Positions 12,266-26,322 of a stretch of DNA of 64,000 nt are shown here, piece after piece (position 1 is the first letter of the stretch; each line of letters starts with the position of its first letter). The DNA comes from Octopus sinensis (taxonomy: Eukaryota). A program made the translations under genes and the position numbers. The stretch lies in contig NC_042999.1 in NCBI RefSeq assembly GCF_006345805.1, positions 66,774,001 to 66,838,000 on the forward strand. The letters are read 5' to 3'. The notes below the pieces were generated by a model. It ran no database searches. It was not told where the DNA came from and saw only the letters and a list, made by a program, of their open reading frames with translations.

Positions 12266-14405
12266 AAATATCAGAGAATTCCCAAACATCAAAAGGGGTA
12301 GATACAAAAGAGGTTGTAAGATTAACTGCATTGAAGAAAGTTCGATTCATGGATATCCGATGAAAGGTTTTAAACCTATAGAATTTATGCATGTCTACAT
12401 ATAGCTCATATTGAATATTTGATCAAGTTGTATGAAGAAATTTTCGGATACAGTCATGCAAAATTTCTGAAAATCCGAGTAAGAGGCAAAGTGACTGCCA
12501 CATCATGTAGAGGAAAGTCTGAGTAAAAACATAGTGACTGTCATATCGTGTAGAGGAACAGATTGTTATTGAAATTTACAAGAATCGCAGATAAGTTCGA
12601 TTTTTTGGAGATCCGATGAAAAAGTCTTGAACTTCCAAAATTTGTGTATGTCCTTATAGTTCGTAATCCAGTTTTGTGGAGAGATTTAGGGTACAATCAT
12701 GCGAAAATATCAGGGAGTCCGAATGAGAAGCAAAAATGACAGTCTTATATTGTAGTGGTTCAGGTTGTTAATGAAATTTTCAAGAATCACAGAAAGAGGA
12801 GGAAGTGGGTAGGAATTTAATCAGTTACTGCTATTTAAGCTGTCAAAGAGAAAGGAAAGGGGAAGCTAAGGGGATGGGCACAATTTAATACTAACAAAAA
12901 AGTCTAAGTTTGTTTGGAACAAATTCGAACTGAGGTCAACAATTTATTTCTTTATTTATAAATGTTACTATTAATAGATTGTCAGGTTACAAAGAGGTCA
13001 TTAGAAAGGAAAGAAAAAATTGGGTTGTTTTTAAATGAAATTAAACTATTATATTAGTATTATACTAAACTATAATACATACATAATGTTTTTAAATGAA
13101 ATTAAACAATTATATTATTATTATACTAAACTATAATACACTACACTATATTATATTATATTATTTTGATATATTATATCACATCACAATACACTACGAT
13201 AGGTCTGGTATTAGCAGAATTAATTTTTAAAGTTTAAAAGAAATTAAGAGAATTAACTAACTAATATTTGTAATGGGATAAAAAATAGACTAAGAAATGG
13301 AGATAAAAATAGAGCAAAATTTAATTTATTAATAATATGGTCCAATAGAAAATCAAATAATTTAAGTCAATAAGTATTAAATAGTACCATCAGAGAGAGA
13401 AAAAATTATAATCATAGCTAGTTAGAACTTATCTTTCCAGTTAAATATATAATATACTATGTAGGAGTGATATGTAAGTCAAAATGAATTTTATGTAAAA
13501 TGATTCCAGTATACAGTTATCAATTGAGATATGATTTAAAATATCATTTAAAATATTTAAGAGTCTTAAACCGAGCATGTATACAAGATATTTCCAAGTT
13601 CAATTCTGCTGTTTAATTGAATTTCTCCATTATTTTTATACATTAGTATTTCAAATGCTTCCATGGAGCAAAGTTGGCAGCCTACTCTGCTATTTTTATA
13701 GGGTTTTGCTCTTCTGACTAATTCCCAATTAAGGTTATATTTGATATTATTGTTTTTTAGTTCCCAAATTTTACTAGAAAGAGTAGTGCTATCAGCCTTA
13801 TGACGTAATTTAAAAGATGAGAGATGGTTATTCAATCTCTGTTTAAAATTTTAAATTCCTACCCCCTTCCTCCTCTTTCTGTGATTCTTGAAAATTTCAT
13901 TAACAACCTGAACCACTACAATATAAGACTGTCATTTTTGCTTCTCATTCGGACTCCCTGATATTTTCGCATGATTGTACCCTAAATCTCTCCACAAAAC
14001 TGGATTACGAACTATAAGGACATACACAAATTTTGGAAGTTCAAGACTTTTTCATCGGATCTCCAAAAAATCGAACTTATCTGCGATTCTTGTAAATTTC
14101 AATAACAATCTGTTCCTCTACACGATATGACAGTCACTATGTTTTTACTCAGACTTTCCTCTACATGATGTGGCAGTCACTTTGCCTCTTACTCGGATTT
14201 TCAGAAATTTTGCATGACTGTATCCGAAAATTTCTTCATACAACTTGATCAAATATTCAATATGAGCTATATGTAGACATGCATAAATTCTATAGGTTTA
14301 AAACCTTTCATCGGATATCCATGAATCGAACTTTCTTCAATGCAGTTAATCTTACAACATCTTTTGTATCTACCCCTTTTGATGTTTGGGAATTCTCTGA
14401 TATTT

Positions 14406-14493
14406 TTTCGGCTGACGAGTACGAGCCATCTGTATTCACTGCATTTTTTGTAGCTTATTAAAGATGTCCTCGTACGAAACGATCGTACCGAGA
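14406..14493 (+). ncRNA. Type-I hammerhead ribozyme (PLE-associated)
   Basis: ttt cgg CTGACGA GTACGAG...CTCGTAC GAAAC GATC GTA|CCGAGA: 7-bp stem II, palindromic stem III, GUA site, 6-bp stem I. Confidence 0.85.
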
Positions 14494-14537
14494 TTTTAAT
14501 CCATTCTTGTTGCTTTTTTCCTATACATATATACATA

Positions 14538-14570
<33 letters not shown>

Positions 14571-14583
14571 CATATATATACAC

Positions 14584-14631
<48 letters not shown>

Positions 14632-14818
14632 ATTAGGGCTTAGTAAAATAAATTACTTTGCCACATACTGAACTTTCTAGAAATAGCAGCCCAAAAGGTT
14701 TTTTAGCCATTTCCACTACTTAAAGAAAATTTCTCTCAGATAATGTTTACTCAATGTTTATACATACTGAATACTTGGTGAAATTGATTAGTAACTAATT
14801 AATTTTACCCTCAATTGT

Positions 14819-14911
<93 letters not shown>

Positions 14912-14940
14912 TACACACACACATACAAATAACTCTGCTG

Positions 14941-15612
<672 letters not shown>

Positions 15613-16959
15613 AAAATTTTGCATACAATCATGGACTAAAATACTTGAAGGAACTGTAGTATGTCTACTGTTATTCATCATCGCTCTATCAATCATAAGC
15701 TTCCTGATACTCACAGAGAATCTTATGAGTTTTTTCAGGCTACACAAAAATATTGATGGCTGTCAAAATTGCAGTAGGTGCCAGTACACTTCCGTGAGAA
15801 CTAAACTTCACTGTTGACGTGTAGTTGACAAAATCTGTAATTTAACTTATCAAAATCTGAGGTCCTCAAATAAATAGAGAATAGCCGCAAAGCAAATAAT
15901 CTCATATCACAGATTAAACCGAATCAAAAGCCTGCTACAATACGGACCTTAGAAAATGATAAACGCATCTTCATCAAACGCTATACTAAATTGACCTTTG
16001 TATAAGGACGTCACACTGGTTGAATCCTATGAATTACTGTAACAAGAGAAACAGTAGTTATATTAACCTGAAGGAAAATCTTAGTTTTCGGTACATTAAA
16101 TTACTGTTCACAGCATGGCAACAGCGACACAAACACAAAACTGTTCTGGTTCAGGGAGCGTTCATTAGTGAAATAACCTCAGGTAAAAGCCTTAATTAAC
16201 TGGAAGGTGTTAAAGTTCTATATCTCTATTCTCTTGACCAGCTCAAACGAATACACAGTGCTCGTTGTACAGTGAATATTCTGGGAGATCTTACTGTTAA
16301 TAAGTCTTTATACATTGGAAGTCTTCCTAAAATAATTTAGCTTAAGAGACTCCCAGAGTAAATTAACTTGGGGATGTCGAGGGAAAACCGTTGGAAGAAG
16401 TGAGTTGATAAATTAAACTTAAGGAAAACCAGGCAACAAAAAGGAAAGGGGTGTGCGGTTCGATTATGTACGTTATTTGTTAAATGAGATGTAAATTGTG
16501 ACTAATTGTTAAAATAACACATGTGTGAGTGTGATAGTAGCTTTTGGTGAGGATTATGAAGTTACATCTCTCTTATGCGTAGACATATAAGTCAATCTTC
16601 GATTTGGTACCAGTTTTCTAATGTGAATCACACTTATTTTCATCCTTAAAAAGAAGGCCTTGCTATAACAGGCAACAGATTTGCTTATTCTATAAACGTT
16701 AAATCAATATGAAATATTTAAATGGAATGCAAGTATATAGGGATTTTGTTGTTGGCGGGATTTTGTGATTAGCAGTTTGCTTGCCGACCATGTGGGTCCA
16801 TGTTCCGTCGGACTTATCACTTTGAGCAAGTGAATTATACTAAGGTCCCGGAGCGACATAACACTTGTGGGTGAATTTCGGAGACGGAAATTGAAAGAAA
16901 CTCGTTGTGCCATTAAGTTAGGCATGGCCTGGTCCAATACTATCAAAGTATACATATAC

Positions 16960-17054
<95 letters not shown>

Positions 17055-17647
17055 TGTATGTATGTATGTGTGTGTATATATATATATATATATGTTATAT
17101 ATTGTTAAATAATGGAATCTGACAATCCCTACATGTAGTTTAAAATCGCTATTGAAATATAAATACAAAAACTCGAATACAGAACCCATCCAAAAAGACA
17201 CGTTGCATACTGAGTTTTCATGTTTATATATCGAGGAATTTCGTTCTAAAAGTCCTACAAACAGTGCGCCAAAATCTGAAGTAAAACCAGCAGTGAAATT
17301 AACATTTAGCAGTGGATTTACCCGACTCGTAGAAATAAAATATTTTGAAATATTAATTTTAAGGTAAAAATTAAATATTAATCTTTTTCCACTGGCTAGC
17401 GTCAGTAAAAAATATCTGTAGACTGCAAATATTATCATATAATATGTGTGTATAAGAGTTATACAATGTGGGAAAGCCACTAAGTGGCTTTCCATCAGCC
17501 TAGAAATGGGAGTTAAATCCCAAACCACGAAAAAGCTACTCTTATTTTGGCACGTTGAATGTAGGCGGGCAGGACAATTAAAGAGAATTTTAAAATAATT
17601 AGTCACTCCCGTACTTCGAAGATTCGCCCTTAGTAGATATATATAGA

Positions 17648-18520
17648 TTGGGTCATCCAATAAATAATGTAGTTATTTATGTTTTATTTTTCTAACTTAA
17701 GATAACGAAGTTCTTTTCTAATCTACAATATACACTCCATCATTTTCTACAATGCTCTTCCATCTAACTAGTAGACTTGTGAGGCCCCTCTTCCAAATTT
17801 CACTTGTCCGTGGTGAAAAATACTCCTTCATTACTGTTCTGCTGAATAAATGATAATTACGTGGGACGATGTCCAACGAATATGGTGGGTGGAGCATCGT
17901 TTCCCATTCAAACTGCACCAGCTGTACGTGGCCGAGCATTATCCTGATGGAAGAAAACCTTCCGTCTTGAAACTAAAGATGGTCGTTTTCCTTCTAGCGC
18001 TGACTTAAGCCGCTAAAGCTTCTCGCAGTACATCTCCTTTGTTATCGTTTGGTTTGGGTTTAAAATTTCAAAGCGGACTAAACCTTTCCTATCCCACCAA
18101 ACAAATAACAACAACTTACGTCGGTCAAGACCATTTTTAGCATGGGGTGTCGGTGTTTCTCCTTTCGCTATCCACTGTCTTTGGCGCTTGACATTTTTAT
18201 AGAGAACCCATTTCTCGTCACCAGTCACTATTCGGACCAAAGAAAGGTTCATTCGCGAGATGTGACAGCAAAGAAGAGCGCACATCCACTCTCTGCCCGC
18301 GGTTGGACTCAGAAAGCTTGTGAGGAATACATTAAAGCATTTTGCTGACTTTTCCAATGACACGCATATGTCAATGAATGAGCAAATCCAAACTTCTCTG
18401 CTAGTTCCTCAACAGTAGCGATGGATTCTTTTCTACCAGAATTTGCAGGAAGACCTCGTTGAGCTCTACAGACTTTCCAGGATGAGACTCGTCTTCTAGG
18501 CTGTAGTTTCCGGCTCATGT
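17648..18520 (-). mobile_element. Degenerate mariner transposon
   Basis: IVTGDEKWVLYKN, WWDRKG and LHPPYSLDIVP motifs across frameshifts; TIR-like end at 17648. Confidence 0.8.
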
Positions 18521-18711
18521 ATTTGTGTGTGTGTGTGTGTGTGTATGTGTGTGTGTGTGTTATATGTATTATATATATTCCTTTATTCCTTTACCGAACA
18601 TGCACGCAGGAGGACTCAACCAAGAATCGTGTGATTGTACCACACAGCCAGACCTGCGCCTACATATTATATGTGTGTGTGTGTGTGTGAATGCGTCTGT
18701 GTGTTTGTATG

Positions 18712-18764
<53 letters not shown>

Positions 18765-18769
18765 TTTTA

Positions 18770-18958
18770 TTCATTTAGTTGTTTCAGTAATTTGACTGCG
18801 GTTATGCTGATACATCGCCTGTAGTCAAGCAAATCGATACCATGACGTATTCTTTGTAAGCCTAGTACTTATTCTATCGAAAAACACACCAGTATCGGTT
18901 GTCAAGCGATGTTGGTGGGGACAAACACGCACACACACATGTACACACACACACACAC

Positions 18959-19004
<46 letters not shown>

Positions 19005-19013
19005 GTATATGTG

Positions 19014-19045
<32 letters not shown>

Positions 19046-19200
19046 CGACGGGCTCCTTTCATTTTCTTCTACCAAATCTATTCACAAGGCTTTGGTCGGC
19101 CCGAGGTTATAGTAGAAGACACTTGCCCAAGGTGTCACGCAGTGGGACTGAACCCGGAACTATGTGGTTGGGTAAGCAAGGCACTTGCCACGCAGCTACA
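18770..19200 (-). mobile_element. tRNA-derived SINE family A
   Basis: Reverse complement of the 43122/62805 element with internal (TA)/(TG) tract. Confidence 0.8.
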
Positions 19201-19289
19201 CCTATACATATATATTGTATATACATATATGATATATATATTTTTTTTACATATACATTATATATATATATATATATATATTATATATC

Positions 19290-19350
<61 letters not shown>

Positions 19351-19477
19351 ATATATATATATATAATATATATATAATATATATATATATGTGTGTGTGT
19401 ATGTGTGTGTAGGTGTATATATATATATACATACATATAATATATATTTTATATGTATAATATATATTTAGGTATGT

Positions 19478-19534
<57 letters not shown>

Positions 19535-19952
19535 CATTTATATAGGTACCATATATAAGTATTATCTATGTGTGAGTGTTTGTGTGTGTCTGTGTCTTTG
19601 TCAGTGTCTGTATGTGTATGCATAAATATATACATACATATATATCCAAGTATATTGATAGACAAGCGGACAGATAGAAAGATAGTCGCATATTCATAGA
19701 CATATACATGTATAGAGACACCCAAACAAACATATGTTGGCACACACTTTTACTGCTACAAAATAGCAGAGTCGTTAAACCATCAGAAATAAAATTAAAA
19801 AAAACTTAGTTGTATTTTTCCGACTTCTTGCAAATATTCATAAAGTCATTATTTTTCTACAGAATTGAATGTTAAACGCAATAAATATGACATCTCATAC
19901 AATGAAAGATAAATAAGCTCGATAAATGCCATTCCGAAACACCATAAATGTA

Positions 19953-20040
19953 CATTGAAGTCCAGAAGTGATAACACTGTTGGAATGCTTTATGTTTGTG
20001 ACAGCTGGATGTTTTTTTTATTTTTGTATTCATATATAAG
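19953..20040 (+). promoter_or_regulatory. Promoter cassette of locus B
   Basis: cattgaagtccagaagtgataa 19953-19974, tttgtgacagctgg 19995-20008, tatataag 20033-20040; GAG|GTAAGA donor at 20102. Confidence 0.7.
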
Positions 20041-20469
20041 AACTTAACTGTACAACACTAATAGTTAAATTACAGCAATATTTACGAAGACTCTCTCAGA
20101 GGTAAGAGGCATCGTATGTGTATGTATACATATGTTTTTTTAATGCTTGAAATTATGTGAAAAATTGTGATAGCAATCGGTGACAACGCATTGCTGTATT
20201 TCTTCAAACTTCTTAATGTCTTTCTTCAAATTGTTCAAGTCAACTTTGCATTTTATCCTGCGATAAAATATAGTACTAATCAAGTGCTGAACCTTCTAGA
20301 ACCGAGTTCACTCGCCCTAAAATTTTCTGCTTTTCTGCATAATTCTGAATCCAGTTTATGAAATGATTTTTAATTCTGGTTGGTTATAAAATCTTATCTC
20401 TGTAATTTTAATATTCTTTTAATTCAATTATTTCTAGTTTTTGTTTTATTTTTTTAAAAATAAAGAGAT

Positions 20470-21310
20470 TGCAGTCAGTTACCTTGTCTAGGTTCGCTTT
20501 TAGCACATCCTTCACCGAGTTGAATACTCTTCATCCTGCTCTTACCCTTCACGGGATCTCATTTTCCATCTCTCTCCTCTTAGTCACTTTTTGACCGAGA
20601 TACACATAGCTGCTCACCTCTTCTATTTCATCGCCTCCAACTGTTAGTCGACAGATCGGTACGCCTTCAGACCGTATGTATTTGGTTTTCGTACGGTTGA
20701 TTTTCAGGCCGATAGCGGGACCCCTGAACCCTGTTCGTCCAGCATGGTCAGCAGCCTATCGGTGCTCTCCGTTATCAGTGCTGTGTCATCAGCGAATCTT
20801 ATATGGGTAAGCAACTCTCCGTTTATCCTTATGCCTTCGTTGCAGTTCGGGTCTCGCATGACCATGTCGAGACACGCCGTGAATAGCGTATATGCATGTG
20901 AGACTTGGGCCTTGACAAAGAGAGAAGAATGATATCTGCTTACGGTGCAGAGGGTCATGGAAAGGTCGATGTTGGCAATCTCACCAAGACATCACATCCA
21001 GAACAAGGAGATCAGGGATACAACTGGAGTTAAGGACATCGTTGCAGAATACCACCACACAAAGCTACAATAGGCCGGTCATGTCGCAAGGTTCACAGAT
21101 AATCGGTGGACCTGTGCAGTTGCCAAGTGGTACCTGCGCGATTGGAAGACACCACTCGGAAGAACCTCCAGTCAGGTGGGAAGATGATTTAAGAAAGATA
21201 TTTTGAACAATGTGGAGGGGAATGGCAAGAGCACGAGGGGAAGGGAGCAAATTCTGAGGCCAGCGGAGCCGACACGCATCAAAATGCCTCGTCGATCCAA
21301 GTGATCAAGG
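20470..21310. mobile_element. 5'-truncated RTE-clade LINE with internal inversion
   Basis: 20470-20888 encodes RT (LTHIRFADD..YVYLGQ) on minus; 20889-21310 encodes the C-terminus (YACETWALTKREE..GHVAR..DNRWT) on plus; short repeat tail. Confidence 0.85.
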
Positions 21311-21387
21311 TGAAAAAAATATTACCTTTTTTGAACAATTGCTATGTCGGTAACCGTTCAGCGTTGCGAAAATTTCTGTTTCCTCAG

Positions 21388-21591
21388 CTTATAAATAAAT
21401 GGAAGAGAAATATTGTACTAGGCTTATGCATGATGATATGATATTATTTATCTCTATGTTTGACGTACATGAGAAATTCATTATATTTTGGTCTATGAAA
21501 ACAATATGATTGATTATTTTTAAGAATTAATCTACATGAACACACAAGAGCTGAAAAGTGCCCAGTGCAATCGTGTTGCAAAGCACAATAA
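21388..21591 (+). pseudogene. Locus B: probable decayed peptide paralogue
   Basis: Acceptor tttcctcag|21388; one frame from 21391 reads INKWKRNIVLGLCMMI*YYLSLCLTYMRNSLYFGL*KQYD*LFLRINLHEHTRAEKCPVQSCCKAQ*; matches gene A signal (IFLGIYMMI) and gene C KCxxxxCCK; ATA instead of ATG; three internal TGA. Confidence 0.4.
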
Positions 21592-22068
21592 AACAATACG
21601 TAAACAAAACGGTTTCTAGCTTTTCTCAAACTCATAAGTTGTGCAAGTATGTTGGTGATGAACATCAGCAGTTTAAACTACCACTAGCAGATGAAGTGTA
21701 ACAATAATAACAACACGAAACACAATAGAAATTTCAGGGATATTTCTCATGATTATAGTGAACTATACTGAGAAGAATTAATCATGTAGAATATAAATTT
21801 TGTCATGGAATTAAATTTTATTAGCTAAACAGATTACTTAATACAACAATTATATGACCACCAACTTTGTTGTTCAACAAATATTCCACAAAAAGATGTG
21901 TTCTCTGTCAGTTAATAATAGTTTATGGAAATGAAACGAAACCAAACAATTACAAATCAACAAATAATTCATATTACTAGGGAGAGTTTACGAAAAAAAA
22001 ACAAAAGACGAAGACAGGTGGTGTACAAACAAACAGATGTATTAGTATAACGCTCAGGAATAGAAAAA

Positions 22069-22110
22069 GTCTTTTACGTTTCGAGCCTACGCTCTTCTAC
22101 AGAAAGGGAC
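22069..22110 (-). ncRNA. Minimal hammerhead-like motif with A6U core variant
   Basis: cttt CTGTAGA A GAGC GTAG GCTC GAAAC GTA|AAAG. Confidence 0.5.
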
Positions 22111-22979
22111 ACAGAAAAAACAAGAAGAAAAAGAAATGTGTGTAGCGGCTAACGATCTATCATGGCGACGACATTATAAATAGGAAATTTATATAGATCA
22201 GATATATAAACCTATCTGACATGAGAGAGACAAGTCCTTCCGTTCTGTCAGAGGTCTATAATCTAGATTTTCTTTTAAATTGTTGCCTATGATATCATAC
22301 ATTGTCTATTGATTTTATTCAATAAATTGTATACAAGCATCGAATATAATTTATTGACGATGATCATAAAGACACTTTAAAAATTCGGTGCAATCTCCAG
22401 GATCTCCATTTTGAAGATGTATTTTCATGTAATAATGTCGATATTTAACCTTAACGCCTAAAATTATAAAAGAATAAACGTTGTCTCAATTCCGCAGTAT
22501 GATATTTAAAAATCAAGGCAAAGATACATCGTACTTATCATATCAAGGCAGCCACATTCATTTCCTTCATCTCTTTCTTTGAACCTGATTTACACTGTCT
22601 ACAGTATACAAATCAGCTTTCAGCGTGGTCTCCATTTACAACTGTTGGCTGTCAGTGCAAATCTCTCATTATTTTCCTCAATATCTACGCATGTCCCGAC
22701 CAATTATTCACACCTATTTGTTGTTTGAACTCCATAATTTTATTTTTATTATTATGGATGACACAACATTATTTAGTCTAATCTTTATGAAATATAATTG
22801 TTCTAATTTATTTTACAAGTTACGTGAATTTCTTGAAGCAATTAACAAACGATTTGTTGCAGTAATATAGTCATAAAATTTATACTGATAACATACAACT
22901 GAGAGACATTTACGACTAGATAAATAATGCACATTATATACATCAGTCTGATGTATATAATATGTCTTTTTCTTTTTTT

Positions 22980-23375
22980 TCTTTATTGCCCACAAGGGGC
23001 TAAACATAGAGGGGACAAACAAGGACAGTCAAAGGTATTAAGTCGATTTCATCAGTGCGTAACTGGTACTTAATTTATCGACCCCGAAAGGATGAAAGGC
23101 AAAGTCGACCTCGGCGGAATTTGAACTCAGAACGTAACGGGTATATAATGTCACCCTTCTGATACGGTGATGTACATAATGTCAACTGTCTGATACAGTG
23201 ATCACTATATTAGAAAACCCTTTTGGCGTTCTGAGTTGCAATTCCGCCGAGGTTGACAATGCCTTTCCTCTTCTCGAGGTCGATAAAATAAGTACCATGT
23301 GAGTACCGGGATCGATGTAATCAACCTTTGCCCTTCCCCAAAATTGGTGGCCTGGTTTCAAAATTTTGAAACCCA
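22980..23375 (-). mobile_element. SINE family B, two partial copies
   Basis: Reverse complement of gttctgagttcaaattccgccgaggtcgac...gtaatcgac core. Confidence 0.75.
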
Positions 23376-23565
23376 TATATTAGAAAAGCCTATTAAGAAT
23401 TAGCATTTTTCTTTCCATAAAAAAGTTTGTTTTATTTTAATTTAATCATAGAACTAGGTGAGATGTGCTTTAAAATGTACATGTACAAAGGCTAGGCATC
23501 TCAATAACGACATCCCAAATTTTGATGTTCCTGAGAAGACATAAAAGAGTGTATCGTATACGGTA

Positions 23566-23855
23566 TGGAGGCGCAATGACCCAGTGGTTAGGGCAGCGGA
23601 CTCGCGGTTTCGATTCTCAGACCGGGCGTTGTGTGTATTTATTGAGCGAAAGCACCTAAAGCTCCACGATGCTCCGGCAGGGGTGGTGGTGACCCCTGTT
23701 GTACTCTTTCGCCATAACTTTCTCTCACTCTTTCTTCCTGTTTCTTGGGTAACGCTGCGATGGACTGGCGTCCCGTCCAGCTGGGAGGGACACATACGCC
23801 ACAGAAACTGGGAAACCGGTCCCATGAGCCTGGCTAGGCTTGAAAAGGGCTAATA
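23566..23855 (+). mobile_element. tRNA-derived SINE family C
   Basis: ggaggcgcaatgacccagtggttaggg A-box head, ggtttcgattc B-box; copies at 39314 and 63247. Confidence 0.8.
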
Positions 23856-25057
23856 AATAAAAAAAATTAAAATCGTCTACGGTAGCTGTTCTAACATGGA
23901 AATATTGAACAAATAGTTTAATACAAGGCTTGAAGCAGTGAGATATTATAGTGATGACATCAATTTAGAATTATTTGAAAGATAAGAGATCGTACTGGAA
24001 GTTTGTACTACTGGAAATTGGATAGAATTGGATAGATATGGTGGCAATGGTTTATCAGAGAGAATCTGTTCTTAAAATAAGAAGAACTGACGTTGGTCGG
24101 ATTCATGTGAAGTAATAAAGCAAGTCTCCAGTAGTTATCTCTATGTAAATATTCTCAGAGAATCAGAAATGTTCGAGACTATGAAAGAAACTGGTTATTT
24201 ACGTTGGATTCCATCACACACGTGACAATGATATTGGCGATGAAAGCTTATTCTGTAATGATCGATTGTTTGGTACAGATTCCAGTAAGGAGAAAATGCT
24301 TTCGTTCAATTAGCAATGAACGGCAGCTTTTGAGTGACAATTATTCGGTAGCCAAGATAAAACTCTGAGTTTCGGATGCCGTGGTGAAAATCCACACCAC
24401 CATCTCTCCAGTTATCCGGCCATCGGAAAAACGCTATGAAAAAAGACCGTTATACAAAGGGAAATTACTGTGTTATTGACGCTATTTAGACAAACGCGCT
24501 ATTCGAATGACCGCTAATTAAGGTAAGGCGTAAGCGCTTCTGTTCATACGTACACATGTGCGCTCGCACACCCACGTGCGTACGCATGCATCACTAGAAA
24601 AACGTGCACATCTTCACTCGCATCTTTCGCCAAATGTATCACATCGAAACTAATTATGACTTAATTTTTCTTCTCACACCGTCTCCAATTAAGGGATATT
24701 ATTAATTAATATCCTAGAAACAGCTGTAAGACCTTCTATCTATAAATGCTCTAATATCTATAAAGCCTTGGTTTTTATATCTCATTACGCAAAAAATTCT
24801 TATATATACATACATATATATGCTTGTGTGTGTGCGCGTGTGTGTGTGCGCGTGTGCGTGTGTATGTGTGTGTGTGTGTGTGCGTTAGTTGTGTTTTTGT
24901 ATAGTCGCCCTTAGCTGTATTTTTTCCTCAGCTTTTGAAAAGCTTCCGAAGATATTGTATCCTCACAATTGAAAATGATAGGGTATCTTGCCCATAAACG
25001 TGAAAAAATAATCAACACAGGCATATTTTCAATAATTGCTATACATATATATATATA

Positions 25058-25107
<50 letters not shown>

Positions 25108-26202
25108 TATTGGTAAAAACGGTAACATAACAAAAGAAAGAAAGAGACCTCAATATTATGTAAATAGAGGAAATTTATCTATAAAATAATATGTTACATT
25201 TACTCAATAGTCAAGATAAAACTCTGAGTTTCAGATGCCGAAGTGGAAATCCACAACACCATCTCTTCGGTTATCTGGCCATCTAAAAAACGCTATGAAA
25301 AAATACCGTTATATAAAGGGAAATTACTGTATTATAATTCGGCTCGCGAACCCACGTGCGTACTTATACGTCACTATGAAAACGTACACATCTTCACTCG
25401 CATTTTTCACCAAATATATACGCATATATATACAAACTCATACACACACACATGCGTACCGTAACAGTTCATACATACGTCTATATATGCACAAGCACAA
25501 GAAAAACCATGGTTAAAAGTAACAGAAAAAAACATAAGGAAGTATACAAAGCATAAAAATCACGTTCATATACGGACATGCCCCTATTCACTCATACACA
25601 CGCGCGCCCATACCCGCACATATTTATATACGCATACATACACACGCATATACAAAAAATTAATATACATATGTCCCACCCACCCAAAAAAATGGAAAAA
25701 ACTAAGTAAAAACGTCTATATATATATATGTGCATTCTTATGCCCGCACACATGCACACATCTAAAACTGCCCACTCATACATATTCCCACACGTGTACA
25801 AATGAATCTATATACACGTCTATATAGGCACAGGAAAAAATGCAGGATAAAAAAGTACAGAAAAAATTATGTGTGAAAATATATAAATATATGAAAGTTC
25901 ACGTCAAACCGCTGACTGAGTAAAGTTCACTATTCAATGCATGGGATAAGGCCTAAACAAACACATTATCGATTTTTACACTTGCGAGATGAATTTCGGA
26001 ACAGAGATAGCGCAGTTCAATTTTCATTCGCCTAAACTTTAAGTGACCCATTTTTTGTGGTTCTACGATTTGTTGGCTAGGAGGAGATGTGCCGGGAAGT
26101 TAAACACACAGACACAGATACACACACAGACACACAAGTTGAGTTTTATATATATAGATATATTTCTTATGATGATACAAACACGACCATTGAAATCACG
26201 AC

Positions 26203-26278
26203 CATTGAAATCAAGAAGTGATAACCTAATCAGGTTGTCTTATACTTTGAACAGTTGGAAGTATGATTCTTATATAAG
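26203..26278 (+). promoter_or_regulatory. Promoter cassette of peptide gene C
   Basis: cattgaaatcaagaagtgataa 26203-26224, tttgaacagttgg 26246-26258, gattcttatataagagca (18 nt identical to gene A) with TATA 26271-26278; AAG|GTAAGT donor at 26323. Confidence 0.75.
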
Positions 26279-26298
26279 AGCACAGTTAGCTACTGCAG

Positions 26299-26322
26299 GT
26301 TATACATAGAAACATTTACAAG
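26299..26322 (+). other. Non-coding exon 1 of peptide gene C (start approximate)
   Basis: Lies between the TATA box and a consensus donor at 26323. Confidence 0.6.

Larger units (their letters stand above)
12147..14524 (-). mobile_element. Penelope-like element relic: GIY-YIG C-terminal fragment between 672-bp inverted pseudo-LTRs
   Basis: Arms 12147-12818 and 13853-14524 are near-identical reverse complements; ORF 13835-13566 (HLSSF..TTLSSKIWELK..W..VRRAKPY..CQLC..E..LNSR.E) resembles PLE endonuclease ends; each arm carries a hammerhead. Confidence 0.8.

Noticed and set aside
16704-17660. 318-aa minus-strand ORF, the longest in the track
   Set aside because: Runs through a (TA)n tract giving YIYIYI, low complexity, no recognisable domain or splice context
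21655-21700. ATGA..AAA..GA as possible SECIS for locus B
   Set aside because: The required helix does not pair
22624-22785. Phase-1 frame after tttcag reading WSPFTTVGCQCKSLIIFLNIYACPDQLFTPICCL..
   Set aside because: Cys spacing and flanks do not match the family; pyrimidine-rich old repeat is a simpler explanation
23566-23640. tRNA-like heads here and at other SINE starts
   Set aside because: A/B boxes belong to SINEs with constant downstream bodies; no complete cloverleaf, so no tRNA gene called
24690-24735. Partial hammerhead (stem II, GAAAC AGCT GTA), similar fragments at 11590, 36700, 46400, 53600
   Set aside because: CUGANGA core or cleavage triplet is mutated; decayed relics
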